A DNA stretch of 64,000 nucleotides. Source: Sarea resinae. Taxonomy: Eukaryota. A model generated the notes under the pieces. That model made no database searches, was not told the DNA's origin, and saw nothing but the letters and a program-made list of their open reading frames with translations. This document shows, one piece after another, positions 60,650 to 64,000 of this stretch; position 1 is the stretch's first letter, and every line of letters starts with the position of its first letter. The stretch covers positions 186,001-250,000 of the forward strand of contig JAPEUD010000027.1 in NCBI GenBank assembly GCA_026026165.1, given 5' to 3'. Made by a program: the position numbers and the translations under genes.

Positions 60650-61627
60650 ATGATAGATATGGACACCGAAGCCGCCCGAATGGTCCACGAATGGAGACCC
60701 CTAGACTACCTCCAGAGCTGTGACGGCGTCGACTTCGCCCTCCTGATCCTCAACCAGCCCATTGTAGATCTGCCCGTCTTCGAGAGACTCTGGCAGCACT
60801 GTAAGCGCTCTTGACGTCAAATCAAGCCAATTGGACTAACATCGAACGCGGGAGACTGGCAGCGCGATTTAGGATATGCGCTGATGGAGGGGGCAACCGC
60901 CTTTACGATCTGTTTCGGACTTCAGAGGACCGCAATCGTCACTCGCAGTTTGTACGTATCACAGCATTAGACACCTGGCTTCGCGTGCGCGCGCAGAAGC
61001 AGGACCCGTTCTGATAGCCAGAAATCACAGCTTCCAGATGCCATCCACGGGGATCTCGACTCTCTCCGCCCCGACGCAGAAGCCTTCTACGCCGCGCGCG
61101 GCGTCGACATCAAAAGGGACCCCGACCAATACTCCACCGACCTCCACAAATGCCTGCGCCTGATCAGCCAGGTGCAAGACCAATTCGGCGTCGCCGACGC
61201 GGGCCAGACTCCTCCACTCGACGTCGTGATCCTCGGCGGTCTAGGCGGCCGCGTCGACCAGGGCTTCTCTCAGATCCACCATCTGTACATGGCGAGTCGG
61301 GATCGCATGCTCCTGATCGGGAAATGTCTCTTGTTCTCCGAGGAGAGTATATCGTTCCTGTTGCAAAAGGGCCGGAACCTCATCCACGTGCCGCTGGCGA
61401 AGGGATATCTGACCGAGAATATCGGCATCCTACCTGTGGGACGCCCGGCCGTCATCACCACGCGAGGAATGGAGTGGGATGTTGAGGACTGGGTGACGGA
61501 GTTTGGAGGCCAGCTCAGCACCAGCAATCACATCCGCGCTGACATCATCGAGATCGACGCCAACGAGAGGGTGCTCTTTACGGTAGAGCGATCAAGCTTG
61601 TTGCCCAGGTGTCCTTGCAACGCTTGA
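60650..61627 (+). CDS. THI80: Thiamine pyrophosphokinase
   Basis: ALLILNQPI, ICADGGGNRL, IHGDLDS, DQYSTDLHK, LGGLGGRVDQ, TRGMEWDV and STSN. Two introns. Confidence 0.92.
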
Positions 61628-62793
61628 GCTCGAGCAACGCGCCATTGCGAACGTGGTCAGGCCGATTTAAGGAGCGACTCGGCCGAGATCCTCCCTCGAT
61701 GCGACTCCCTATCACCACGAAAAGGCGACAAGGCGACACCCGTCCGTCGGCTATGTATGCTACACACGGTCCAGTAGAAAGAGAGCAAGACTGGCGGCGG
61801 CAGTGAAACCTCAAGCGGTCATGGCATCGCGCGTAAGCTGACGACTCGAGGAGGGGGCAATCCTGCAATACTGACAGTATCAGTCAACATCTCAGACGAT
61901 ATTCCAGACACTTCTGGATGCATCGCTCAGGAGAGAGGGGCGCTTGGGTGTTCAAGAGGCCAAGACTAGGCACGTACGAGCGGGAGGGAGGAAGAGCGAC
62001 AAGGGCAGAACCTAGAGGCGACAGCTCCGCAGCCCGGGAAGACCTACTAGAAGACGCCGGGCCCACGAGCCCCCGGAGGATCTGAAGGTAGAAGAGCACA
62101 AGAGGCCTAACTAAAGAGCACCCCTCACTCGTATCCGAGAGCCCCTTCCCGCAGTTCCAAGGACTCGAAATGTATAATAGCACCACCCTCGAGTTGCAGA
62201 GAGAGAGTGAAAAAAAGCGCCTCTCACAACGTCTCCGTCTCTTCAAAACCGAGCGGAAAATCCCCTTTGCAAATCCATGCCTGATCTGGCCTGACCTGAC
62301 CTGACTTGACCTGACCTGACCTTTGTCGCGCGATCTGAACCCTCGATGCTATGCACGTGCATATTCTGGTCTTCGAGCTCGCTGATCTGTGTATGGCTGG
62401 AGGTAGATAGGTCGGTGACGGGTTCTAGGGGGGCTGCTCATACTACGAGTGGGGGAGAGAAAATGTCCGTTCTAGGGAGTCTATTGATATATTCGTGCTA
62501 TTGCGCCAGATCTATGAAAGGAGAAGAAAAGATAAGATGATGATGATGATGAAGAAGGGTATGTGTAGATACGTCTAGATGCCACAGATGCTCCCTTATT
62601 TTGGACCAATGCCTGAACGCCCCATCCCCAATGCATGCTGCGAAGATATAATTCCAAAACGTGACCGACCAAAGTCATGAAAAACAAAGAAAAGAAAGAC
62701 AGACAGAGACATAAAGGGGGGGAAGATGCCGGAACTTTTTTTTCCCCAAAACCAAACCGACTTTTGCAAAATGCTTTTAGAGTCCGCTTCCGT

Positions 62794-64000
62794 CTAGAAG
62801 TCCATGCCGTCTAAGAAGGTGAAGAGATTGGTATGCAGAATGTTCAAAGCCCTGTCGGCGTCTCGCTCTTCTATAACGCACGATATGTTGATCTCGCTTG
62901 CGCCTGTGACACGAATTAAAATACAGAACAGCGTTGGTGGGGGGGGCGGGATGGTTCGCGCGCAGACTTACCCTGGGAGATCATCTCTATATTCACATTA
63001 TTCTCCCCGAGCGTAGAAAACATCTTTCCCGCAATGCCCATCATATTCTTCATCTGCTTGCCCACGAGGCTCAAGATCGCCATGTCGGGTAACACGTCCA
63101 CGGTGCCATAGGCTCTTAATTCGCCGATCGCGCCAAAGAGGTTCTCGTCCCGAATTCTGAGCTCGCTTTCTTCACCGCCACTGAGGAGAGCGGCTTCGGA
63201 ATGCAATGCCATGGACACGTGGACTTCGCTGGTAGATATGAGATCCACAGACAACTCCCATTTGTCGAGGATCGAGAAGATCTTTGCAAAGAATCCGTGT
63301 GACAGAGAACGCTTGTTGGAGTGGACGTTGACAACAAGGATCTGGTGTTTGATTGTGACCGCTGTAGGCCGTTTAGGCCGTTGGTCCTGCGATAGAACGG
63401 TAGAGCTTCTAGTCCTGAAGAGCTTCGGATCGTGCCCAGGGGCGGCGGGATTCAATTCGGCGGGCGAGTCTGGGAAGATGATTGTACCATCCCCTCGAGG
63501 GTTTATGACGTTCTTTATTCGTATAGGTATTCGTGCGCGGATGACTTGTTCCATGGTGAATGGGTGGATAACCTCAGAGCCATAGAAAGTCAATTCCGCT
63601 GCTTCGGCGGGGGTGATAGTGGACAGAAGTCGTGCTGTTGGCACTTTCCTCGGATCGGCGGTAAATATCCCATCAACTTCCTTCCAGACCTGCAACTCCT
63701 GCGCCTTGATGCCCACCGCCACCAGTGCTGCACATAGATCGGTATATCCACGCCCTATTTTATCCAAAAGACCTCCTGGAACTGTACCGAAATAGCCCGT
63801 GATCACTGGCACTTTGTCCCCACACGCCTGTATCCTCCGCGCCAGTGCGTTGGCCAAATCCCCGTAGAAGCTCTGATCCAGGCCGTGAGCAACCTTAAAG
63901 TCGATGATCTCAGATAAGTCGACAAACTCCGCGTCGACTCCTCTGTCTCTCAGAAGCGCAGTCATGAACCGACAGCTGAGCTTCTCGCCCTTACTTATGA
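62794..64000 (-). CDS. HOM3: Aspartokinase (3' part; 5' end beyond the window)
   Basis: KGEKLS, GRGYTDL, WKEVDGIFTADPRKVP, EAAELTFYGSEVIHP; ACT domains VDLISTSEVHVS and NIEMISQG|ASEINISCVI. Confidence 0.95.

Noticed and set aside
60392..61030. TPP riboswitch near the thiamine pyrophosphokinase gene
   Set aside because: No CTGAGA / GAACTTGAT..TAAT..GCG aptamer core found in the promoter or introns.
1..64000. tRNA, rRNA, CRISPR, transposon or telomerase-RNA template
   Set aside because: No cloverleaf with a T-arm consensus, spacer array, transposase/RT motifs, AT-rich RIP-type tract or TAACCCTAA template was seen by eye; tRNAscan-SE, cmscan and RepeatModeler would be decisive.

Overview
Eukaryotic, intron-rich genomic DNA from a filamentous ascomycete (Pezizomycotina-like gene structures: short GT..AG introns with CTRAC branch points). 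About 24 protein-coding genes are densely packed, many as head-to-head pairs. In order they are: a secreted multi-KR-site protein, a dual OB-fold Pot1-like protein, class II eIF4E, FMO, Ulp2-type SUMO protease, exopolyphosphatase, Cyk3, a Nudix/eIF2B-fold fusion, AIG2/GGCT, a PQ-loop protein, QTRT2, thymidylate kinase, Slx1, KDM5/Lid2, MTHFR, a LYR protein, Gir2, Gsh1, Mrx11, NDP kinase, Coa2-like, a thioredoxin-like protein, thiamine pyrophosphokinase and aspartokinase (truncated at the window end). Most are housekeeping genes. I found no tRNA, rRNA or transposon. The best signals outside the ORF track are: (i) a ~220-nt highly structured box C/D-type RNA in the intron of an apparently non-coding host transcript at ~11.3-11.8 kb, with 10 nt of complementarity to the U6 ACAGAGA box; (ii) the Nudix-eIF2B-fold fusion, which lacks the isomerase catalytic Cys; (iii) a probable Kex2-processed secreted polyprotein with a duplicated two-Cys module and two KKVSF motifs; (iv) a 4x EP[PA]GxWI repeat in the OB-fold protein; (v) an 8-nt microexon in the GGCT signature motif. 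All identifications are from motif recognition by eye; no database searches were run.
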